NCBI GenBank assembly: GCA_963800515.1
Contig: CAWDBC010000006.1
Coordinates: forward strand, 2,087 to 66,086
DNA from: an uncultured Thermoleophilia bacterium
GTDB lineage: Bacteria; Actinomycetota; Thermoleophilia; Gaiellales; F1-60-MAGs149
Direction of reading: 5' to 3'
DNA: 64,000 nucleotides
Shown: positions 1-6,910 of the stretch, one piece after another
Position numbering within the stretch: the stretch's first letter is position 1
Layout: every line of letters starts with the position of its first letter
The notes under the pieces: model-generated
Told to the model about the DNA's origin: nothing
Seen by the model: the letters and a program-made list of their open reading frames with translations, nothing else
Databases searched by the model: none
Made by a program: the position numbers and the translations under genes

Positions 1-638
1 TCGAGGCGGCGCGCCCGCACGCGGCCAAGATCGTCTTCGCCTCCACCGGCGGCGCGCTCTACGGCGAGTCGGACGTCCTGCCCTCGCCGGAGCAGGCGTT
101 CAAGGCACCCGAGGCTCCGTACGGGACCGCCAAGCTCTGCGCCGAGGAGTACCTGCGCCTGTGGAACCGCCTGCACGGGACGGAGCACGTCGTCCTCCGC
201 CTCGGCAACGTGTACGGCCCGCGCCAGGATCCGGCCGGGGAGGCGGGCGTCGTCTCGATCTTCGCCGGCAAGGCGCACCGGGGCGAGCGCCTGACGATCT
301 TCGGGGACGGTCGGCAGACGCGCGACTACGTCTACGTCGGGGACGTCGTCCGTGCCTTCGTGACCGCCGCCGGACACGCGGGCGGCGGCGACTGGAACAT
401 CGGGACGGGCCGCGAGACGACCGTCCTGCGGCTGGTCGAGCTGACGGCGGAGGCGGCCGGCCGGAAGATCGAGCCGACGTTCGCCGAGGTGCGCCCCGGC
501 GAGCTCCAACGCAGCTGCCTCGATGTCTCCGCGGCCGAGCGCGACCTCGGGTTCGTCGCCCGGACGGCGATCGACGACGGGCTCGCGAGGGTCTACGCCT
601 GGGTCGCCGCAGGCGAGCCGGAGCGGGGCGCGCTCTGA
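1..638 (+). CDS. NAD-dependent epimerase/dehydratase (extended SDR, GalE-like); 5' end lies outside the window
   Basis: Frame is open from the window edge. Translation ..KIVFASTGGALYGE..APYGTAKLCAEEYL (SDR YxxxK catalytic motif)..IFGDGRQTRDYVYVGDV... The tail equals ORF 210..638. Stop TGA 636-638. Confidence 0.9.
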   Translation, partial: EAARPHAAKIVFASTGGALYGESDVLPSPEQAFKAPEAPYGTAKLCAEEYLRLWNRLHGTEHVVLRLGNVYGPRQDPAGEAGVVSIFAGKAHRGERLTIFGDGRQTRDYVYVGDVVRAFVTAAGHAGGGDWNIGTGRETTVLRLVELTAEAAGRKIEPTFAEVRPGELQRSCLDVSAAERDLGFVARTAIDDGLARVYAWVAAGEPERGAL

Positions 639-711
639 GGGCGGCCGCCGGATGGCGCCGGCGGTCCCGATGACCGCGGCCGGGCAGGGACGATGAGCGT
701 CCCCGGGCGCG

Positions 712-2820
712 ATGGACGACCGCGACCACCTGCGGCGCCGAGCCCGGGCGTCCCGACCTCGCGCCCGCGCGTCGCGGGCCGGCGCGCAGCACCCGGGCGG
801 TGACGACGGCATGCTGAGGCGCTCCGCGGCTGCGGCGTCCCCCTCGCGGACGCTGGCGCTTGCGACGGCCGCCCTGGCGCCGGGGCTCGCCGCGCTGTGG
901 GCGCTCCTGCGCGACGCCGGCGGTCAGCGGCGGCTCGAGTTCGCGCTCACCCCCGGCTCGCTCGACGGGATCACCGCCGTCTCGCTCGCGATCTTCGGTG
1001 CGCTCGCCCTGCTCGCCGTCTTCGTCGCCCTCCGCCAGCTCGCCCTCCCCCGCCTCTCGACCTGGACCGTCGCCGGCGCCGCGTCGCTCGGGCTCTACAC
1101 GCTGCTCGCCTGGGCCAGCGAGGACTGGTCGCTCTCCCCCTTCCAGACGCGGATGGAGACCCTGCACGCGGCGACCTACCTCGGCGCCGTGCTCCTCGGC
1201 GCGATGCTCGTGCACGTGCCGCGCCGCCCCTGGCTCGCGCTCGCGGCCGTCGTCGGCGGGTTCGCCGCCGTCGAGGTCGCGTGGGCGGTGATCGCCCGCT
1301 CCTTCCACGGCACCTCCCAGCAGTTCCCCCGGCTGGCCGGCCCGACGGACCACGCGAACGCCCTCGCGATGGCCGCCTCGGCGCTCCTCCTGCTGGGCGC
1401 CGCCGGCCTGCTCGATGCGGGGCGACGCGCGCAGGTCGCGGGCGGCGCGGCCGCCGCCACCGGAGCGCTCGTGCTGGCCGCGACGGTGTCCCGCTCGGGC
1501 GCCGTCTGCGGCCTCCTCGGCCTCCTCCTGCTCTGCGTCCTGGCCGACGATCGGCGGCTGCTGCGCTTCTCGCCGGTCCTCTTCGCCCTTCCCTTCCTCG
1601 CCCTCGGCGCGTGGGTCTCCACCTGGCCCGAGCTGGACGCCGAGCTGCACGGCGGCGTCCGGGCGGCCGGGATCCAGCTCCTCGGCGTGGCCGCCGGCTC
1701 CGCCCTCGTCGGCTCGTCGCTCGCGCCGCTCGCCGCCCGCCTGCCGTTGCGCGTCGAGTCGCGGCTCGGCGAGCGGATCGCGGGCGTCCTCCTCGGCACG
1801 GCCCTCGTCGTCGGCCTCGTCGCCTTCGTCGTCGTCGAGGGCGGCCCGGGCGGGGCGTGGGACGCCTTCCGGGGGGCGTTCGCGGGCAGCGGCCGCGGGG
1901 CCGGCGCGGCCCGCCTGACGTCCATCTCCTCCGACGCCCGCAGCGCCTACTGGTCGGAGGCCTGGGACGCGTTCACGCGCGAGCCCTGGCGTGGCTGGGG
2001 CGCCGGCACGTTCGATCAGCTGAACCGCATCCAGGGCACTCCGGCCCACCCGAGCCCGGTCTCCTCGTCCGCCCATTCGACGCCGCTGCAGGCGCTCGCC
2101 GAGACCGGCATCCTGGGCGGGCTGGCCATGATCGCCGCCGGCGTCGCGCTCCTCGCCGGCGCGCTCGCCCAGGCGCTCCGGCTTCGCGCGCACGGCGCCC
2201 GCGATCGCCGCCTGGCGGCGGCCGTGGGGTGCTCCTGCGCCGTCCTCTTCGCCCACGGGCTGACGGACCTCGACTGGGACGTCACCTCCCAGGGCGTGGT
2301 CGTCTGCGTCGCCCTCGGAGCGCTCGGCACGCGCGGGCTCGCCGTGCGCTCCCATCTGGCCTGGGGCGGGCGCCTCGTCGCGGGCGCCTGCGCGATCCTC
2401 GCCGTGGCGGTCGCGCTCGCCGCGATCCCTCCCGTCCTCGCCGCCGACCGCGCCGCCCGGGCGCTCGGCGTCCTCCAGGCGCCCGGGTCGGCGGCCGATT
2501 GCCGGCGGGCCTCCTCGCTCGGCCGCGACGCGCGGCGCTTCTTCCCGGAGCTCGCCTCGGCGTGGGTCGCGGAGGGCCTCGCCGACTACCAGCGGCGTGA
2601 GGTCGCGGCCGGCGCCTCGGCGTTCGGGCGGGCGCTCCGGATCGAGCCCGCCAACTACAACGTTCCGCGGCTCCAGGCGCTGGGCGTGCAGGCGGCGGGG
2701 CTGCCGAACGCCCAGGTCTCCACGCTCCTCGCCCGCACCTACCAGCTCTCCGGCTTCCGCCCCGAGTTCAAGCCTCCCGAGACCCTTCCCGAGCCGGCGT
2801 ACCTGGCGCTCTGCGGCTAG
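712..2820 (+). CDS. Wzy_C-family (O-antigen ligase/polymerase-like) polytopic membrane protein with a soluble TPR-like C-terminal region
   Basis: 702-aa ORF with many hydrophobic helices and the large loop motif ..SAHSTPLQALAETGILGG.. typical of Wzy_C. The C-terminal ~170 aa are helical-repeat-like (..WVAEGLADYQRREVAAGASAFGRALRIEPANY..). The start is ambiguous: 712 or ATG 811 (MLRRSAAAAS..). Confidence 0.8.
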   Translation: MDDRDHLRRRARASRPRARASRAGAQHPGGDDGMLRRSAAAASPSRTLALATAALAPGLAALWALLRDAGGQRRLEFALTPGSLDGITAVSLAIFGALALLAVFVALRQLALPRLSTWTVAGAASLGLYTLLAWASEDWSLSPFQTRMETLHAATYLGAVLLGAMLVHVPRRPWLALAAVVGGFAAVEVAWAVIARSFHGTSQQFPRLAGPTDHANALAMAASALLLLGAAGLLDAGRRAQVAGGAAAATGALVLAATVSRSGAVCGLLGLLLLCVLADDRRLLRFSPVLFALPFLALGAWVSTWPELDAELHGGVRAAGIQLLGVAAGSALVGSSLAPLAARLPLRVESRLGERIAGVLLGTALVVGLVAFVVVEGGPGGAWDAFRGAFAGSGRGAGAARLTSISSDARSAYWSEAWDAFTREPWRGWGAGTFDQLNRIQGTPAHPSPVSSSAHSTPLQALAETGILGGLAMIAAGVALLAGALAQALRLRAHGARDRRLAAAVGCSCAVLFAHGLTDLDWDVTSQGVVVCVALGALGTRGLAVRSHLAWGGRLVAGACAILAVAVALAAIPPVLAADRAARALGVLQAPGSAADCRRASSLGRDARRFFPELASAWVAEGLADYQRREVAAGASAFGRALRIEPANYNVPRLQALGVQAAGLPNAQVSTLLARTYQLSGFRPEFKPPETLPEPAYLALCG

Positions 2821-2966
2821 GGCGCGGCCCACGGCCCCGCGGTCGAAGAGGGGCCCGAGGGGCTCCGCGGACGCTCTCTCGGACCGGCGGGACGGCGCGA
2901 AAGAGACAACATCTTTCCCACCACTCCCCCGACACTCTCCTCATAAGTTGCACGAGGCGATCCCGT

Positions 2967-3647
2967 ATGCTTCGCCGACGTATGCGCCGCCTCCTTGCCA
3001 TGCTCGTCGCCAGTTTCGCGCTTCTCGCCGGCGCCCAGTCGGCCTCGGCAGCCGGCTGCAACGTCTACAACGACTTCAACGACGACGGGGTCCTCCAGGG
3101 CAACTACTCGATCGGTTGCCTGCGGACCGCCCTCTCGAACGTGCAGGGCGATGCCGGCACGTACACCGAGATCATCCCGGTCATCCAGGCGAAGATCTAC
3201 GCCGAGAAGCGCGCCGATCTCCTGGCCAAGCAGAACCAGTCGAGCGGATCACCCAACCGCACCAACTCCGGGAACTCGCCGAAGCCGCCGCCCGGCTCGA
3301 CGAGCGGCGCCAAGAGCCCGGCGACCACCCGCAAGGGCTCGAAGCCGGCGGCCACGGGGACGGCGACCACCGCTTCCTCCGGGGCGGGAACGACCGCGGA
3401 CCCCTCGACGGACTCGACGGGATCGGCCCTCGGGGCGGCCCCGCCGGTGACCACGGACAAGGGCCTGCACGCCGCGATCGACAACCTCGGGCCGAAGAAG
3501 GCGACCGACGTCCCCGTGCCCGTGATCGTCATCGGGCTCGTCGCGCTCGGGCTGATCTCGGTCGGCTCGGCGGGGCTCGTGATGCGCCGGCGGCGGCGCG
3601 GAGGGTCCCTGGACGGGTCCGAGGACGCCGCTCACCTGAGCCTCTAG
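2967..3647 (+). CDS. Secreted, C-terminally membrane-anchored Ser/Thr/Pro-rich protein (hypothetical)
   Basis: Signal peptide MLRRRMRRLLAMLVASFALLAGAQSASA, a ~70-aa S/T/P/G low-complexity linker, then the hydrophobic helix VPVIVIGLVALGLISVGSAGLVM followed by RRRRR. High GC3. An AT-richer promoter-like stretch lies at 2895-2960. Confidence 0.7.
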   Translation: MLRRRMRRLLAMLVASFALLAGAQSASAAGCNVYNDFNDDGVLQGNYSIGCLRTALSNVQGDAGTYTEIIPVIQAKIYAEKRADLLAKQNQSSGSPNRTNSGNSPKPPPGSTSGAKSPATTRKGSKPAATGTATTASSGAGTTADPSTDSTGSALGAAPPVTTDKGLHAAIDNLGPKKATDVPVPVIVIGLVALGLISVGSAGLVMRRRRRGGSLDGSEDAAHLSL

Positions 3648-3693
3648 GCCCGGTCCGCCGCCCCCGCGGGAGTGGTCGGTACCCTGCCCCTCC

Positions 3694-4485
3694 ATGACGA
3701 CGGTTCTCGACTACCTCGGACTGCCGGCTCGCCCGGCCAAGCCGCGCGAGCAGGGCTTCACCCACGTCATGGACAAGGGGCTGACGGTGGCCGAGGCCGA
3801 GGGCCTGGTCGAGGTGGGAGCCGAGTTCACGGACATCGTCAAGCTCGGCTGGGGCACGAGCTACGTCTCGCGGAACCTCGACCGCAAGCTCGCCGTCTAC
3901 CGGGACGCCGGCCTGCCGGTCGTGTGCGGCGGCACGCTCCTCGAGGTGGCGGAGGCGCGCGACCGGATCGACGGCTATCGCTCCTGGCTGATCGAGGCCG
4001 GGTTCGACGTCGTCGAGGTCTCCGACGGCACGATCACGATGGAGCGCGAGCGCAAGCTCGAGCTGATCGACCTCTTCGCGCGCGACTTCCGCGTGCTCTC
4101 CGAGGTCGGCTCGAAGGATGCCGACCAGATCTACGCGCCCTACCAGTGGGTGCGCTGGATCGGCGAGGAGCTCGGGGCGGGAGCCTGGAAGGTGATCACC
4201 GAGGCGCGCGAGTCCGGCACCGCCGGCGTCTTCCGCGGCACCGGCGAGGTGCGGAGCGGGCTGATCGACGAGATCGCCCACGAGCTCGACATCGGCAAGC
4301 TGATCTTCGAGGCGCCGCAGAAGAACCAGCAGTCGTGGTTCATCGAGCACTTCGGCGCCGACGTCAACCTCGGCAACATCCCGCCAGACGAGATCGTCCC
4401 GCTGGAGACGCTGCGCCTCGGCCTCCGGTCGGACACGCTCCTCCTGCTCAACGGGGACGGCAGCGGATCCCCCGCCGACCGCTAG
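3694..4485 (+). CDS. comA: (2R)-phospho-3-sulfolactate synthase family protein (ComA-like)
   Basis: 263-aa ORF with a full-length ComA-family pattern: ..GFTHVMDKGL..IVKLGWGTSYV..VCGGTLLEVA..VEVSDGTI..SEVGSKD..ITEARESGTAG..IFEAPQK.. Confidence 0.85.
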   Translation: MTTVLDYLGLPARPAKPREQGFTHVMDKGLTVAEAEGLVEVGAEFTDIVKLGWGTSYVSRNLDRKLAVYRDAGLPVVCGGTLLEVAEARDRIDGYRSWLIEAGFDVVEVSDGTITMERERKLELIDLFARDFRVLSEVGSKDADQIYAPYQWVRWIGEELGAGAWKVITEARESGTAGVFRGTGEVRSGLIDEIAHELDIGKLIFEAPQKNQQSWFIEHFGADVNLGNIPPDEIVPLETLRLGLRSDTLLLLNGDGSGSPADR

Positions 4486-4576
4486 CGGGGCGCCCGCCGG
4501 GACCGGCCGGCCGTCCGGGTCCACGGCGCAGGAGCCGTCGCCTGCTCCGTACCACGCGGCCACGCCGGGTCGCCGG

Positions 4577-5800
4577 ATGACCGAGGACGCCTGCGACGTC
4601 CTCGTCGTCGGCTCCGGCGGCGCCGGCCTGACCGCCGCGATCGAGGCGGCGGGAGCGGGGGCCCACGTCGTCCTGGCGACGAAGCTCGGCGTCGCCTCGT
4701 GCAACACGGCCAAGGCCCAGGGCGGAATCCAGGCCGCGGTCGGCGCCGACGACTCGCCGGCGATCCACGCAGCCGACGTGATCGCCTCGAGCCACGACAC
4801 CGCCGACCCGCCCCTCGTCGCCGCCCTGACCGGCGACGCGCCCGGCGCGATCGCCTGGCTCGAGACGCTCGGCGTCGCCTTCGACCGGACCGACGATGGC
4901 CGCTACCGCGTCGTGCGCTGCGGCGGCGCCACCCGCCGGCGCCTCCTCCAGGTCGGCGACAGGACGGGGCACGCGATCGCGACGGCCCTGCGCGAGCGGG
5001 CCCGGCGGAGCTCGGGGATCGACCTCCGCGACCACGCTCCGCTCCTCTCGATCGAGGCGGAGGCGGGATCCGTCGTCGCCGAGGTCGGCTCGCCCCACGG
5101 TCCGCGTCGCGTGCGCGCCGGCGCGCTCGTCCTCGCGGCCGGCGGACGCTGCTTCGCGGAGGCCGGCCGGCTCGGCGAGCTCTCCACGAACGGCGCCGGC
5201 GCGACCGGAGAGGTGACGGGGATGGCGCTCGCCGCCGGCTGCGAGGCGCGCGACCTCGATGCCCTCCAGCGGCACCCGACGGGCGGCCTCTGGCCGGTGA
5301 CCATGCAGGGCTACTCGATCCCCGAGACCACGCGCGCCTACGGAGCACTCCTCGTCAACGGCCGCGGCGAGCGGTTCGTCGACGAGCTCGCCCCCCGCGA
5401 CACCGTGGCGGAGGCGATCGTGCGCGAGTGCGCCGAAGGTCGCGGGGTCCGCACTCCGGAGGGACGGGACGCCGTCTACCTCGACTGCCGGCCGATCCCG
5501 GCCGCCGACGCCGCCCGCTCGCTGCCGTTCATGCTGAAGCGCTTCCGGCGCGCCGGCATCGACCCGCTCGCCGAGCCGATCCTGACCTACCCGGTCCTCC
5601 ACTACCAGAACGGCGGCCTCGTGATCGACGAGACGGGCGCGACGACCGTGCCCGGGATCTACGCCGCGGGCGAGATCACGGGCGGGGTCCACGGCCGCAA
5701 CCGGATGATGGGCAACTCCCTCCTCGATCTCGTCGTCTTCGGCCGGCGCGCCGGCCGAGCGGCGGCGGCGCGGGCGGGGCGGAGCGAGACCGAGCGGTGA
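4577..5800 (+). CDS. FAD-dependent oxidoreductase, SdhA/FrdA/NadB-type flavoprotein (short form)
   Basis: Dinucleotide fold DVLVVGSGGAGLTAAIEAA, ..AKAQGGIQAA.., and C-terminal ..GIYAAGEITGGVHGRNRMMGNSLLDLVVFGRRAG. At 407 aa the C-terminal helical domain of true SdhA/FrdA is absent. Confidence 0.85.
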   Translation: MTEDACDVLVVGSGGAGLTAAIEAAGAGAHVVLATKLGVASCNTAKAQGGIQAAVGADDSPAIHAADVIASSHDTADPPLVAALTGDAPGAIAWLETLGVAFDRTDDGRYRVVRCGGATRRRLLQVGDRTGHAIATALRERARRSSGIDLRDHAPLLSIEAEAGSVVAEVGSPHGPRRVRAGALVLAAGGRCFAEAGRLGELSTNGAGATGEVTGMALAAGCEARDLDALQRHPTGGLWPVTMQGYSIPETTRAYGALLVNGRGERFVDELAPRDTVAEAIVRECAEGRGVRTPEGRDAVYLDCRPIPAADAARSLPFMLKRFRRAGIDPLAEPILTYPVLHYQNGGLVIDETGATTVPGIYAAGEITGGVHGRNRMMGNSLLDLVVFGRRAGRAAAARAGRSETER

Positions 5801-5887
5801 GTGGCCGACGACGAGGGAGCGCACCCGCCCCGTGCGCGCGAACCGCCCACGGGGTTCGGCGTGTTCGGGATCGGTGAGAGCGACGCC

Positions 5888-6835
5888 ATGGCCTCCCCCA
5901 CCCATTCCACCCGCCCCCTCGGCTCCTCCGGCATCCCGGTCTCCGTCGTCGGAGTCGGCTGCAACCAGCTCGGCGGCAAGGTCGACGCCGCCGGGACCCG
6001 GGCGATCGTCGACGCCGCGCTCGACGCGGGCGTCACGTTCTTCGACACGGCGGACATCTACACGCGGAGCGCGAGCGAGCGGGTGCTGGGAGAGGCGATC
6101 CGGGATCGTCGCGACGGGCTCGTGATCGCGACGAAGTTCGGCATGGACATGGGCGAGCGCGCGCCCCTCCCCGGCGTCCCACGTGGATCGGCGGCCTACG
6201 TCCGCGCCGCCTGCGAGGCGTCGCTGGAGCGGCTCGGGATCGACGTCATCGACCTCTACCAGTACCACGAGCCCGACGGCGTGACGCCGATCGCGGAGAC
6301 GCTGGGGGCCCTCGACGAGCTCGTCCGCGAGGGGCACGTGCGCGCGATCGGCTGCTCGAACTTCTCGGCGGGCGAGCTCGTCGAGGCCGAGCGGGCGGCC
6401 CGGGAGGGCGGCCTGTCGGCGTTCGTCACGATCCAGAACGAGTACAGCCTGCTCGAACGCGAGATCGAGGCCGAGGTCGTGCCCGCGGCGGTCGAGCTCG
6501 GCGTCGGCGTCATCCCCTACTTCCCCCTGGCGCGCGGGCTCCTGACCGGCAAGTACCGCCGCGGCGAGGAGCCGCCGGCGGGGAGCCGCCTCGCCGACCG
6601 GGCCCTGCCGGCCGAGGTGTTCGACGTGCTCGAGGCCCTGGCCGGGTACGCCGACGAGCGCGGCGTCGGCATGCTCGACGTGGCGATCGGGGGGCTGGCG
6701 GCGCAGCCCGGCGTCGTCTCCGTGATCGCGGGCGCGACGAGCCCGGAGCAGGTGCGCGCGAACGCCCGCGCCGCCGCCTGGCAGCCCTCGCCGGCCGACC
6801 TGACGGAGCTCGACCGGATCACGCCTCGCCCCTGA
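5888..6835 (+). CDS. Aldo/keto reductase
   Basis: MASPTHSTRPLGSSGIPVSVVGVGCNQLGG..FFDTADIY..ERVLGEAI..IATKFG..YQYHEPD..IGCSNF..IQNEYSLL. ATG 5888 is preferred over the in-frame GTG 5801 because of the family N-terminus and the GGTGAG upstream. Confidence 0.9.
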   Translation: MASPTHSTRPLGSSGIPVSVVGVGCNQLGGKVDAAGTRAIVDAALDAGVTFFDTADIYTRSASERVLGEAIRDRRDGLVIATKFGMDMGERAPLPGVPRGSAAYVRAACEASLERLGIDVIDLYQYHEPDGVTPIAETLGALDELVREGHVRAIGCSNFSAGELVEAERAAREGGLSAFVTIQNEYSLLEREIEAEVVPAAVELGVGVIPYFPLARGLLTGKYRRGEEPPAGSRLADRALPAEVFDVLEALAGYADERGVGMLDVAIGGLAAQPGVVSVIAGATSPEQVRANARAAAWQPSPADLTELDRITPRP

Positions 6836-6850
6836 GCCTTCCCGCGAATC

Positions 6851-6880
6851 GGGGGCCGGTAGCTTCCGCTACCGACCCCC
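6851..6880. terminator. GC-rich hairpin between convergent genes (bidirectional terminator candidate)
   Basis: GGGGGCCGGTAGC-TTCC-GCTACCGACCCCC: 13-bp stem with one mismatch and a 4-nt loop. It lies between the AKR stop (6835) and the beta-helix gene stop (6911). Confidence 0.6.
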
Positions 6881-6910
6881 GGAGGATCGAGCCGACGACG
6901 AGCGAGCGGC

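Noticed and set aside
100-2832. A 910-aa minus-strand ORF, and similar giant ORFs (7583..10660 +, 7857..11402 -, 19776..23387 -, 25104..27998 -, 27949..30219 - upstream part, 38378..40759 - upstream part, 57299..59293 +, 56577..58925 -)
   Set aside because: Their translations are monotonous Arg/Pro/Gly/Ala strings with no domain-like segments. They lie antisense or off-frame to genes with clear family signatures. Long stop-free shadows are expected at this GC content.
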